The notes beneath the pieces are model-generated. The model did not search any database and was not told the origin of the DNA. It worked only from the letters and a program-made list of their open reading frames with translations. This document shows positions 38,791-51,377 of a stretch of DNA of 64,000 nucleotides, in pieces. The stretch comes from Octopus bimaculoides (lineage: Eukaryota). The position numbers were made by a program, and so were the translations under genes. Position 1 is the stretch's first letter. Every line of letters begins with the position of its first letter. The DNA lies in contig NC_068991.1 of the NCBI RefSeq assembly GCF_001194135.2, positions 65,381,835 through 65,445,834 on the forward strand. Direction: 5' to 3'.

Positions 38791-39468
38791 TTAATTAAAT
38801 AACTTCAGGAAGAAAAGTAAAACGCTAGCAATAATAATTGATGCGAATGTATAAAACAAATAAAAGAAAAATACCCTTTTTCGACGCGACTTCGATTTCT
38901 TTTCGATTTTGGCGGAAGACGGAGTAATTTCTTCGACTGTGACTTCGACATCTGGAGATGTCTGGCATTGCTTGATATGGTCGGAGCTTCCTTTATGTTC
39001 GGAAGTTGCTGTACATTCTAAGTTTACACTTTGGTAACCGTCTTGACCTAGCACTTCGATTTTATCCGCTTCTTCTTGGACATGATGGTAAGACGGTCTC
39101 TTTGCAGGGAAAGGAAGTGCATTTTTAATGTCCGTAATTGTAGAATTCTTTGTTGGTGTGATGGAAGGTGCATATGCCATCGGAAAGTCCGAACGATGAA
39201 AGCCAGCATCAGGTTCATCAAATCCTTGTCTCATGGACATGGCGGAAACAGAGGAATTAGGTGTTTTGTTTTCAAACCTGTTAACATTTGGGGGTTCATT
39301 GGAGACAGAGGTATCAGTAACACTAGCACAGTAAACGCCTGTTGTTGACATCTCTACTTCACTTTCATCACAGATTTCTTTCAGTTTACTATACGGTGCA
39401 CGGTTCCAAACAGGCCTAATGTATCTTTTGTGGAAACCTACAGCTGTATCCCAGATTTTATGCCACAT
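38791..39468 (-). CDS. Uncharacterised 225-aa protein: S/T/E/P-rich, probably disordered N-terminus, basic patch KKSKSRRKR and a C-terminal hydrophobic helix (tail-anchored or type II membrane protein)
   Basis: Longest uninterrupted non-repeat ORF in the window, with GC above the surroundings. It ends in VFFFYLFYTFASIIIASVLLFFLKLFN*. No family recognised. It could be one exon of a spliced gene. Confidence 0.7.
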   Translation of the reverse strand: MWHKIWDTAVGFHKRYIRPVWNRAPYSKLKEICDESEVEMSTTGVYCASVTDTSVSNEPPNVNRFENKTPNSSVSAMSMRQGFDEPDAGFHRSDFPMAYAPSITPTKNSTITDIKNALPFPAKRPSYHHVQEEADKIEVLGQDGYQSVNLECTATSEHKGSSDHIKQCQTSPDVEVTVEEITPSSAKIEKKSKSRRKRVFFFYLFYTFASIIIASVLLFFLKLFN

Positions 39469-40339
39469 TATAAAATATGAAGGGTCAAGTTAAGCAATGC
39501 ATTGAATGGTTATTGGATGTGAGCATAAAAAAAAGTCAGCAGCGAACTCGAAATGGCAAAAAAGAGTGAAAATATTTTTTGTTAAAATACGTGCTTTGCT
39601 GTCGTCTTCCGAGTAAATACAAACAGGTGAAAGATCAAATCCTGTACATGTAATCCACCTGTAACTCCGACAGTTGACTCAACAGCGAAAAACCAATTAA
39701 TACAACCATAAATATAATAACGTTCTCTCTTTATCGTCTAATTAACAATTTTCTCTTCACACCATTTAGAGATATACTTCAGGTAAAATGCAAGAATGAA
39801 TTAATGTAAATAAATAAATAAGCAAAACATAACAGGTGTGACGTAGAGGGTAAAATCAATGAATACACACAAACCATTAAGTATGACAATCCACGTGCTT
39901 TAAGAAAAAGGAAGATTTTTTTTTTAAATGTTGGGGGAGGGGAAGAAGTCGACTGCTATCTTTGTTGACTATTTTTTCTTCTTTCATGTAAAAATGCTTC
40001 CACTGATATTTTTGTGGTGTATTTGTGTGCGTGATTTTCGTCTGTGGCGAGGCTTCGCTTATTTACAGCGATCAAAATATAGTAGATTGGTAATGTCTTC
40101 TACTTAAAACATGTACAGAAATTATACATATATGTAAGATATCTATCTCTTTCTGCTATAGGAACACAAATAAATATAGATATACAAATGTGTGATGAGA
40201 AGCAGTGAAGTAAATGTAATGTGTGGTGGCAGTAGTCGAAAAGAATGCAATGTCCTGCTAGTACCAGCTCTATCGCCGCCGCCAGCACACCACTGCTACA
40301 TATGTTAACTAGACATGTAAGCCACACCCACCTCTCACA

Positions 40340-40465
40340 TACCACCACTACTACTACTACTACTACTAATACTACTACAACTGCTACTACTACTACTACT
40401 GATGATGATGATGATAATAATAATAATAATGATGATGATGATGATGATAATAATAATAATAATAC
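40340..40465. repeat. Compound trinucleotide microsatellite (ACT)n-(GAT)n-(AAT)n
   Basis: Directly visible. Confidence 0.95.
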
Positions 40466-40782
40466 TGAGCTATAGCATAGCCGATGTTTATCAACAGGTA
40501 CACATCGCGAAAGTCGGCTAAATAGATTCAAGGTTCAGACAAAAACTGAATAAATAAATAGATAAATAAATCCGAGTGTACTGTTAACATCACTCGTGAG
40601 TATTTGCAACCCCCACCTCTACCACCAATAAGACCTGTTATTTATCATTATTACCACTGTTGTTAGTTATGTATTATTAGAAACTGCAAGAAAGGGAACA
40701 CTGAAATATTATATATTCTGCTGCTTTTATTCATTTTGCTTTCTTCTTACTTTCATACAATTCTCTCAACTCGTGAACACAT

Positions 40783-40806
40783 TCTATCTATCTATCTATC
40801 TGTCTG

Positions 40807-40849
<43 letters not shown>

Positions 40850-40893
40850 GTCTGTCTGTCTGTCCATCTATCTATCTATCTGTCTGTCTATCC

Positions 40894-40927
<34 letters not shown>

Positions 40928-41074
40928 TTATCTATCTGTCTGTCTATTTATCTATCTATATGTCTGTCTATCTATCTATCTATCTATCTGTCTGTCTGTC
41001 CATCTATCTATCTGTCTGTCTATCCATCCATCTATCTATCTATCTATCTATCTATCTGTCTGTCTGTCTATCTA
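40783..41074. repeat. (TCTA/TCTG/TCCA)n tetranucleotide array
   Basis: Directly visible. Source of the SIYL-repeat ORFs. Confidence 0.95.
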
Positions 41075-43002
41075 TAATGCGTGTGAACACAATGTATATT
41101 TACTGACAGAATCTAAAAAATTGCTAATAATTTTCAGCAATGATATATATAAATGAGAAGAGGTCTGTGTTTACGTGAAATTGTTCATCATTTAGCCTTA
41201 AGGCGCGCACACGCACACACATGCTATACCTTTTTTAGCACAATTTTTTTTTCATGTAAGAATAGCAAAGCGTGCATTATATTAACCATCAGACGTGTAT
41301 TGTTTATATCAAGACTGTGTTTTTATTTATTTATTTTTCTTATTTATAATCACGCTGTTTTTTAGTGTTATTTTCATCTTCTGTCTGCACTAGGCCATGC
41401 TCGCTGTCTTCAAGAATCAAGAAGAGATGGAAAAATGAGATGATGTGATATTTATGTTTTAACATCGTAAATAACGAAGCGATTCCAAAGAATTGGAACC
41501 AGCCACTATTTCCGCGTTACCGTTAACGTACCACGGTACCTGGTAATAGTTCGTTCACTCACCGATGGTATAGGAAGAATAGGCAATACCTATTATATTG
41601 TGTTCGATAATTTTGCATTACAAGGATTCAAATCTCCCTAATATCATCATAAAATAAATGAACAACAACCAACTCAGTCTTCAAATCGAAAAATCGCAAT
41701 TGATGACAGACACATATTTTTTTTTTATATATAACATATCTAATAATGAACAGAAATAAAGGGGAGGTAGGTTAATCGAGTGGTCGAATACATGGGATAG
41801 TTTTAAATGCTTCATGACAATGTTAGGTTACTATATGTTGTGACTTCAAATTTCACTGCGGTTGTATTTGCCTTATAAACCACTCCAAGTTCGATGAAAT
41901 ATCGCTATGTACTAAGGACGATTCACTCCACTGCATCGCCCTCGACCGTAATATATGAGTGGTCTTGTGACAATATGAGAAATATTTATATTGATAGTTT
42001 TGTTGTGGTGGCCGTTGTTATGTAACCCCCAACAGTCTTACAGTATACGGGCAGATAGCCGAACGACCTAGCTGCGCCCCACAGATCCGCATTTTCATCA
42101 CAGCGTAGACGGTAAGGCAAGCTTTTGTGAGCCAACAGGGCATCCTATGTTCAGTCGCTTGATACTCCAGAAACAGCAACCAAATTCCCTCGAATCATCT
42201 CCTATCGTCTTGAAATAAGAAGGATACACTGATCAATATAGTCAGGTATAATCAAGGCCTGTACGTCTACTTCATCATAGCTGACCTGGGGGTTAACAAC
42301 AATAGCGAGTTGGTTTTCTGCATGACCCTTTGCAAACCGGTCTCAGTCCTTGCTTAAGGCCGTTTCTTTCCTTTATTGCACTTACGCAGCTAATTTGAGA
42401 AATGAATGCATGTCACAGCCCTTTAACTGTGAAATTAAATTTCGTGGCTGTGCAAGTAACGATATTAAATATTTACCAAAAAAGAAAATATTAAAATTGG
42501 TATTTTCTGCAAGTCATGTTGTCTCAATAAACTTGACAAATCTCAACAAAAAATTGTTTCAAACATGACATTCCTCAACAAAATATAGATTGTTATATAA
42601 AACTGCTTTCCGCAGCTGAGGGTAATAAAATTTTATGCTAGCATGGAAAGCGGACGTTAAACGAACATCTGATTTCCGCAGTAAAAGGAACCTCTGCTTC
42701 TCTAAAAGTAAAGTACATTTGTGAGGTCAAAAACAAACTACAAGTAGAAACTTATAGCAAAGTACAGGATTTGAAACATCACTGCTAAGTGTTTAATTTA
42801 CTTGTTAAATTTGATTTGGGGTAAAAAGTTGAGTAAAAAGTAAGCAACGTTTTGAACCATGAAGAATTTGTACCGGATTTTTGCAGAGTTTTGAATATTT
42901 TAAAACAATTTTTTGCAATAGTCTGATAATACAGACAGAGACTGGCTCAAATGCTTCAATAAATTAACATTGATATTTTTTTCACCGTCATTACACTCAT
43001 CT

Positions 43003-43430
43003 AAGGCGGCGAGCTGGCAGAAACGTTAGCACGCCGGGCTTAGCGGTATTTCGTCTGCTGATACGTTCTGAGTTCAAATTCCGCTGAGGTCGACTTTGCC
43101 TTTCATCCTTTCGGGGTCGATAAATTAAGTACCAGTTACGCACTGGGGTCGATGTAATCGACTTAATCCGTTTGTCTGTCCTTTTTGTCCCCTCTGTGTG
43201 TAGCCCCTTGTGGGCAATAAAGAAATAAGAAACGTTAGCACACCGGGCGAAATGCTTAGCGGTATTTCGTCTGTCTTTATGTTCTGAGTTCATGTTCCGC
43301 TGAGGTCGACTTTGCCTTTCATCCTCTCGGGGTCGATAAATTAAGTACCAGTTGCATACTGAGATCGATCTAATCGGCTGGACCCCTCTCCAAAAATCTC
43401 GGGCCTTATGCCTAGAGTAGAAAAGGTTAT
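43003..43430 (+). mobile_element. SINE family E, head-to-tail dimer
   Basis: Two successive units, each with aaacgttagcac..ttctgagttca..gtcgactttgcctttcatcct.tcggggtcgataaattaagtaccagtt (a CORE/Meta-type central domain), with different tails. Confidence 0.85.
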
Positions 43431-43698
43431 TACAATCATCGGGAACGTTGCACGAAATGTGTTGATTGTGAACTACTTGAGACTCGTTCTCCTCACTTTT
43501 GAGTTGGACGCGGTGTTTCAGAAAAGTTATTAAGCTGTTTGTTGTTTCACGTGCGTTATATTGTTGAACTGTTGTTGTATTTTTTAAAAAAACACAGTTT
43601 TTCCCGCGCGAGCGGGACTGTTGTAGTCGTCCACATTGTTTGAAGGGGAAAACGTTTAACCTTTAAAATGGCAATAAGATAATATCAGTACGTCCGAC

Positions 43699-44715
43699 AT
43701 GAACTTGTCGGAGGAAGAATTGGAAAGATGCTTAATTAATATAGAGAAGGAGCTGGCGAGAAGAGGGGAAACCAATTTGAAAAGTGGTAAAAGTTTTGCA
43801 GATGTGACCGGAGTTAAGAAGGAAGGAATAAATTTTAATATGTAGGAGTTTAAGATGTACAAAGACCTAATGAAAAGGGAGGGGTATGAGGTGGTACTGA
43901 TCCCTTCCAGTGAAGTCACGAAAGAAACAGAGAGAAAAACAGTGGTTTTCAAATCATTTTTAAAGAGAGAGAAATAGGTAGAGATTGCGAAGAGAAAAGA
44001 AATCGAGAAGTATTTGGCACCCATCTGGCCAGAAATAACTTACCTGACCAGGGGTGCCAAATATTCCACAGTAGAGGTGAGGTTCTCATCAGAGGAAAAG
44101 GCCAGGCGACACTCCGTAGCCTCATTGTTTTCGGATAATATCATCCTCTTACCCCCCTACTTTGGAAGACGGACCTCCAAGGTGAGGGTGGAGGAGATAC
44201 CACCAGAGGTGGATGTTGCCTGGTTAGCAATGGCAATTGTATTGGAGGAGAAGGTAACAATCCTCCATGCCGTGAGAATACCTGAAAGAAACTGGCTGGA
44301 GCAAGGACTAGAAATGGTCATCCAGTCTACCCCCAGGAGACCTAAATGCTATCACAGGCACCATAGTGGTGGGTGATAAGAAACTGAGGGAAATGGTGGA
44401 GGGCAGGAAGCTTAGGTGCTTCAAGTGTAACTAGAAAGGCCACATTAGAGCTGAGTGCCCTCCTCCCCTTGAAAAAGTTACAATGACTATACCGATGGAG
44501 ACCACACTTCCACCCGTTGAAGTGTTGAAGTCGGAAGGAATACACAAACCGAGGGAACAAGAGGAAATAATGGAAAAGTAGACAGCGGTTAACAGGAAGA
44601 AAAACAGAAAGCGACAGAAGAGAATGCACACTAGTGATGAGGATCCCCAACCTGTTTTATCCCAACCCGCCCTTCCCTCGCAGACACCAGCCTTCGACAT
44701 GCCCAATAAACACTG
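43699..44715 (+). pseudogene. L1/Tx1-like non-LTR retrotransposon ORF1 (gag-like) relic
   Basis: One frame from ATG 43699 through ORF 44014-44376 with two TAG stops (LLPPYFGRRTSKVRVEEIPPEV). After a frameshift come IVVGDKKLREMVEGRKLR and a CCHC knuckle CFKCN*KGHIRAEC (44417-44458), then a basic RKKNRKRQKR tract. No ORF2 seen. Confidence 0.75.
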
Positions 44716-45283
44716 ACCCTGCCCCTACACAGAAAAGAAAAGAAAAAACAAGCAGCACACATAAACAACAAACCTCCCAATCCGTGTGGGAGAGAAAAAA
44801 ACTTTGTGATATATAGTAAAGAGAACAAGAACTTAGTGAAAAAGCTTTAAAATATAAACAAACTGATAAAGATTGACATTTCTGAGGATTACCCCTCTCA
44901 TATGGCGGGGGTGCTCGTTGACAGTGAGCACATTCAAGAACTCAGAGAGGTGTTTGGAAAGGTAGACTATGATTTGGAAGAAGAAGTGGACACAACTGGA
45001 GTAAAAGATATGGTAAAGTCACATGATTTGTTTAAACGGTTCAAATGAGAACTATCTCATCCAAAATAAACTATAAAAGAGTTCAATGAGGTCGCTCGGA
45101 GTGTGGGGTTCGAGTCGCCCCATTTCCGTCTTTCATCAATTTTTTTCATTTCTTTTTCATCAGTTTGTTTCCCTNNNNNNNNNNNNNNNNNNNNNNNNNN
45201 NNNNNNNNNNNNNNNNNNNNNNNNNNNNNNNNNNNNNNNNNNNNNNNNNNNNNNNNNNNNNNNNNTTGTTATAATAATCTGAA

Positions 45284-45713
45284 ATGGAAATATCAAAGCT
45301 CGATATTCAAGCAATTTTGCTATTGAACTTCAAAAACTGCTCACGATATCAACGAAACATTTGGTGAGGAAATGACCAGTGAGTGGTCAATTCAAAAATG
45401 GTTTAAACGATTTCGCAGTGTAGATCTGAGCCTTGAAGATCGTGAACATAGTGGACACCCATCCGTCATCGATGACAGTTAATTAAAGACTGTCATTGAG
45501 AAAGATCCACGTAAAACCACTCGAGAACTGGCAAAAGAACTTCAAGTTAGCCAGAAAACTGCCTGCAGTCATTTGCATGCGATCGGAAAATCAAAAAAGC
45601 TCGACAAATGGGTACCAAACGATATGAATGAAAATCAGAAAATGCGCAGAAATGAAATTTGCTGGTCGCTTCTTCTCTGTAACCAGACCAATCCATTTCT
45701 CGACCGTATTGTG
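45284..45713 (+). pseudogene. mariner (DD34D/Hsmar-like) transposase N-terminal half, degenerate
   Basis: Translation with one stop and a frameshift gives INETFGEE..SEWSIQKWFKRFRS.DLSLEDREHSGHPS, DPRKTTRELAKEL and KKLDKWVP, ending at FLDRIV just before the first catalytic D. Confidence 0.9.
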
Positions 45714-46119
45714 TGGTGATGTATCTGGTTTATTCTATTCATATTTTAGAATCAAGGGGCAAGAACAATATAACTTCCAGAAAAAGGAAATTGACAAAAA
45801 TTAAATGCTTTTTAAGGACCATTCAAGAAAAATAAGCTGCTGCTTTGTCCACTTATCAGAAATCTCAATTGAAGACATAACTAAGTAAAAACAAAAATAT
45901 TGCAGACAAACATAATGCAATCTTGTATAGATAAGCATTTGTTGCACTGGGGAGCTGTGGTGAAAATTTCGCTATGAATCTTCTTCATACCTACACCTAC
46001 CTACACTCTCTTTTGACGAGTCAACTTCTGCACCAAATCACATTTGTTGACATGCATTGGAAACTAGTCCAGTTAATGATTTAAGTGGAGATGAGGTTTT
46101 ATCGACACTAGGTACTTAT

Positions 46120-46255
46120 GAGTTCATTCTTATTGATCGTGGAGCACTGATTCACACTTTACGTGGAACAACTATTCAGAGAAGTCTCATAAATATTTCA
46201 TTCAAGTTCTTTACCCAAGGATCCAAGAGTAGACATTGTCTGGGATCAGTATCAC
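46120..46255 (+). pseudogene. Probable Academ (XPG/PIN-domain) DNA transposon protein fragment
   Basis: FILIDRGALIHTL followed, after a frameshift, by DPRVDIVWDQY. This matches from memory the vIDG.A.vh.L ... RVDiVwD.Y motifs of Academ XPG-like domains. Confidence 0.5.
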
Positions 46256-47833
46256 ACATTAGTATCATAAACATAATATCTGGATGGAGAATAAGTAAAT
46301 GTAAATCATTAATTATATACTTGCAGATCTTCATTTGAAAGAAAATAATTCTAAATATGTTTCAGAAAAATCATCAACTCAAAAGTTAGAACCATTTGAA
46401 TGCTATTACTTTCCTTGAAAACAATACCTTATGCACTTCCTCTGGGTCTCGCATGCCCTCCTTTGAACAACTCTGTTCGAAGTTGTAACTGAGGCAGTAT
46501 CTTAAATGCAATACCAACAGTTAATTTTGCATATAAATTTGAAATGTAAAACTGCAATTTTCCAAATTCGATACTTCGCTTGATACCACAAAGTCAGATT
46601 TAATCGATAAATGAAACACTCAGCTGTGACGTTTAGTGCTTTACTATAGGTTTTTATTTTGTCAGATAAATAAATAGCTGTTCCTTTTAGAACGCAAATA
46701 AATTTCACCTTTATAAAGGGAAAGTTAATGAGATATTGTAACATTCATTCATTTCCTCTAATAAGCAACATCAGTGTAGTAGTGGAAATGGATGTGCTCA
46801 AAATCGGCTTGCAAAACATCTTGCAGAAAGTCAACTTGTTAGTCCCTAGTCAATCACGTTGAAATAAACCTATTTCATTCTTGATTATCCCCGACTATAT
46901 TGTCCAATGTGTTACTAATATTTTAAGACGGTGATAAATGATTTGGGGGCATTTGGTTGCTAGCATATCAAGCGACTTAATATGGGACCCACCGTTGTCT
47001 CATAACAGCTTTCCATTTTGTCTGTTGTCATGAAAAAGCGGATCTGTGTGACGCAACTAGGTCTTTCAGCTGTGTGTTCTCTATAGGACTGGCCAATTAG
47101 ATCTGAGCCGGGGTTACATGACAGCGTGCTTAGATAGCAATATAAATATGAATTTCCCGTATTGTTATGAGACCACATATTTATTATGTGCGACAGGCGG
47201 ACGGTGGGAATATAGTTAAGTAGTGAATCGTCATTAGTATATATCGATATTTGTTCTATTAAACTTGAAGGGCATACAGTAAATTCAGCTCTGGTGAAAT
47301 TAGCAATCATAACGTTTAGGAACCTAATGAACATTACTACAAAACATTTAAAATTATTCCATATATTCAACCGCTCAAGTAACCTTCATTTCTATTCTTT
47401 ATTAGATGTGTCTATCATAAATTGGCACAATTCTGTATTAAATAAAAGTGTGCTGTTGGTTAGCCATTTATTTTATGAGATTGTGGAAATGATGGCGTTA
47501 CAGGCGAGATTTCAATTCCCGTAATGTGAGTTACCTATCAAAATATAATAGATATAGTACTTCTCAACCACTTTCAACATAAATATTCATTCTTGATGCT
47601 TTTCCAGTACCTATCATCAATGAGTTCATATATACTACACCGCAACATTTATGTTTTAACGCGGTCGAAATGAAACATGACTGTCATAAAACTACCATTA
47701 TCAATTAAAGGGCGTCCTTTGGATTCAAGACTACCATTTGGTCTTACGAGTGGTGTGGAATATTTTCACCGAATCATGAACCAAAGTACCTCACAATATA
47801 ATCTTGAATCTACACACACGTATTTAAATGAAT

Positions 47834-48197
47834 CTTTTACTTGTTTCAGACGTTAGACTGCAGCCATGCTGGGGACATCGCCTCGAAGGAGTCAGTCGAA
47901 CAAATCGACACCAACACTCAATTTTCTTTAAAGTCTATCGGTCTTGTTTTACTGAACCACTAAGTAATGGGGAATATAAAAATTCCCAAACTGGTTGGCA
48001 AGTGGTGGTGGGAAACAAACACGAACACACACTCACACATACATACGACGAGTTTCTCTTAGTTTCCGTCTACCAAATACACTCACCAGGTTGGCTCGGG
48101 ACTATAGAAGAAGACACTTGCTCAAAGTGCCATGTAGTGAGACTGAACCTGGAACCATGTGGTTGGGAAGCAAGTTTCTTACCACATAGCCATGCCT
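47834..48197 (-). mobile_element. SINE family A, diverged
   Basis: Same consensus blocks. Confidence 0.8.
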
Positions 48198-48889
48198 ATA
48201 TGCGATTTCTCCAAGGAAGATCATAACAAAAAATTTAATGTCAAGCAAACCTATGATCAAGAGTGTTCCAACCAGGACCTTCTTGACTTTGCTCAATATC
48301 TGGGAATTCGTTACCTAATGTGTCTTTCCCTTTCTCAAAACAACAGAAGACTTAGCTGCTATTTTTAGCATGTCGAGTGACCACAGAGTAATCTCCTTGT
48401 TATTGTTGTTGGCGGTGGTGGTGGTTTGGTAGTGACGATTTTTGTTTATCATCAAGATTACAGAAAAGATAGATTTTCCATTTTGACTATTTTACATTGA
48501 TTTTTTTTTTCTGACCATGTGAGCAAGTGGTTTTATAGCTGAATGTCCACTTATCAAGCTTAATTAACTGAACAATGCTCACATAAAAATGCACTCATAT
48601 ATATGCATGTATTCATATATACTCAAATGTGTGTGTGTGTGTGTATGGTGGTGGTGGTGATGGTTGGGTATTTTCACGTACTTATAAGTTTTAAAATATA
48701 TAACCTTGTTCAAAAATGCTTGGTATTTCCCCAAGTTCCCTGCAAAATATTGTAGGGAGTAGAAAGACTAATTTTAGATTTATTAGCTTTCATCAGTTTG
48801 TGTTGAAGCCTGCTGCTTTGCCAGGAAATAATGGCTTATAGCTGCAAAGAAAATGCTACTAACCTCCAAGATTCTCTCCTCACCATGAT

Positions 48890-49360
48890 TATTAATCATC
48901 ATTTTGCATCTGTTTTTCCATGCTTGCATGGATCGGATGGGCTTATTTAGCACAGCACTTCACCACTTGTTCAGATCTTTGTCATCTCCTTCATGAACTG
49001 AGATTAGTTTCCACCACATTTTCCCATATCTTCTTCAGTTTTCCTTTTCTGTAGACTTGTTGAATTTGGATTATTTGGTACTTCTTCATCCAACTGTCAG
49101 CCTTCATATGCATCACATGTCCATATCAATGCAGTCTTTTCTCTTGCACACTACCTCTGATATTTCTTTTGCCCATTTATTTCTCAGCTCATTTGTACAC
49201 ACATTGTTCAGCTTTACATATCCAGTAATTCATGCTTGATTCATTTCTATTCTAACCTTAGCATACCGTCTGCATTCAGACCCATGTTTCACTACCATGC
49301 AGTATTGTGATTATTACACAAACATCATACTGTCTGTCCTTCATTCAGAATGAGAATTCC
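48890..49360 (-). mobile_element. RTE LINE 3' fragment
   Basis: The reverse strand carries RTE post-RT features and a tail catgcaagcatggaaaaacagatgcaaaatgatga similar to the family B SINE tail. Confidence 0.65.
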
Positions 49361-49904
49361 TTTGTTGCCAATAAAAACAATGGTTTCCTTGTTTTAGAAG
49401 CATAAATATTTTATGGTAAACTGTTTTTTGTAGACTTTGTGTTAATTTAATAAAAAGAGAAATTTTAGTCAAATATCAATATGCAAGTTAGATTACATTC
49501 TTGTAAGCTAGGCAGTATTTTGAATATAGCTATAGGAATGTCACTATAAAATAACAGCTTGAAACAAGTGTCTACTTCTCAAAGAAAACATTGGAAAATA
49601 GCTTATGAAGTTATTTGTAACTACAATTGAAATTATTGGTTTCTTTAAGACATTTTCACAAGGTAGAAATTCTCTGCAAACAGTTATTGTTTTGTATGTA
49701 AACACTAAGGAATCTTGGTTCTCTTAGTTCTTAATCTTCTAATGTTCTATGAAGAAAAGAAAAAACTAAAACAAAACAAACACTTTCCATGAATTTCCTC
49801 CATCTTTAATGAAATGCCTCTCTTCATAAAATGTTTAATTAATAAGTTACAAGTTATATCATGCTGACGGTTCTTAAAAGAATGAAATAGTGCTATACAT
49901 GATT

Positions 49905-50185
49905 ACCATCCGGCAAGGGATGGTGGCGAACCCTGCTGTACTCTTTCACCATAATTTTCTCTCACTCTTTCTTCCTGTTTCTGTTGTGCCTGTAATTCAA
50001 AGGGTCAGCCTTGTCACACACTGTGTCATGCTGAATATCTCCGAGAACTACGTTAAGGGTACACGTGTCTGTGGAGTGCTCAGCCACTTGCACGTTAATT
50101 TCACGAGCAGGCTGTTCCTTTGATCGGATCAACTGGAACCCTCGACGTCGTAAGCGATGGAGTGCCAACAACAACAACAACAACC
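49905..50185 (+). mobile_element. SINE family C, 5'-truncated, (CAA)n tail
   Basis: Matches the 3' two-thirds of family C. Confidence 0.85.
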
Positions 50186-50419
50186 AGCATAATTAGTAAA
50201 AAAAAAAAATCACTACAAAAATAATTCTGTTTTTGGAAAGATGGATCTTGAAGGAAATAAAGCTATAGATAATATTGCACAAATATTGGGGTTAGAAAAC
50301 CCCTTTGATAGAAAAAGTCAAAAGCTACCTGTTCAAGGAGATTGATAGCCTAATATTTGTCTTTTCAGGGTCAACGAAATAAGTACCAGTTGAGCACAGA
50401 TACATGTAATCAATTGAAG

Positions 50420-51075
50420 GCCTTGTGCCAATTGTAGAAACGATTATTTATAACTTTATTTACTTCAACAAGAATTATTGCAGATTCTTTCGAAATTTAT
50501 AAATTCTTATGACATCGACATCAAAAACATGATTTTAAATGTAGTTAAAATGCAGTTATAGTTTTGGAATGGTGACAACTTTTGCTAATTAGTGTAATTA
50601 TGAAGCTTGGCTACAATGATAGTGAGCGGATTAATAGCTTATAAATCTTAACAGCTGAGTGGTTTATTTCAGTATAAAAGATTTTGAAGTAGCCTGGCTT
50701 TATAAGTAAAATTATGGATCAGTTAGACCATATATTTTAACATTTGTATCAATACATAATATTTCAGGACTTGTGCCTATTGTAGAAACAATTATTCAAA
50801 GCTTTATTTACTTCAAGATTCACCATTTCAAACAAGAATTATCTCAGATTCTTTTGAAATTTATAAATTCTTATGACATCGACATCAAAAATATGATTTT
50901 AAATGTAGTTAAAATGCAGTTATAGTTTTGGAATGGAGACAACTTTTGCTAATTAGTGTAATTATGAAGCTTGGCTATAAATCTTAACAGCTGTGCGGTT
51001 TATTTCAGTATAAAAGATTTTGAAGTAGCCTGGCTTTATAAGTAAAACTATGAATCAGTTAGACCATATATGTTT
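50420..51075. repeat. Tandem duplication of about 300 bp (50420-50738 and 50767-51075)
   Basis: Long identical blocks such as gaaatttataaattcttatgacatcgacatcaaaaa, with two reciprocal indels. Confidence 0.9.
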
Positions 51076-51171
51076 TATAACATGTTGGAGAATAGTTGTA
51101 AAAAATTAGAGAACATTCCTTTTTGTTGGCTGTTTATCAGTCTTTTTTATGTCATTCCATGCTTGTACACA

Positions 51172-51377
51172 TATACTCTTTTACTCTTTTCTTTCAGTCA
51201 TTTGACTGTGGCCATCCTGGAGCACTGCCATTAGTCGAACAAATCGACCCCAGGACTTATTCTTTGTAAGCCTAGTACTTATTCTGTTGGGTCTCTTTTG
51301 CCGGACCGCTAAGTTACAGGGATGTAAACACACCAGCATTGGTTGTCAAGCGATGGAGGTGGTGGTGGTGGTGGTGG
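51172..51377 (-). mobile_element. SINE family A, 3' half running into a gap
   Basis: Same consensus blocks. Confidence 0.85.

Noticed and set aside
40479-40520. AGCCGA/TCGGCT-bounded hairpin with GAAAGTC
   Set aside because: No CUGANGA core, and the short stems are expected by chance.
40736-41156. SIYL-repeat, poly-T/D/N, poly-H/M and YI/CV-repeat ORFs
   Set aside because: They are translations of microsatellites.
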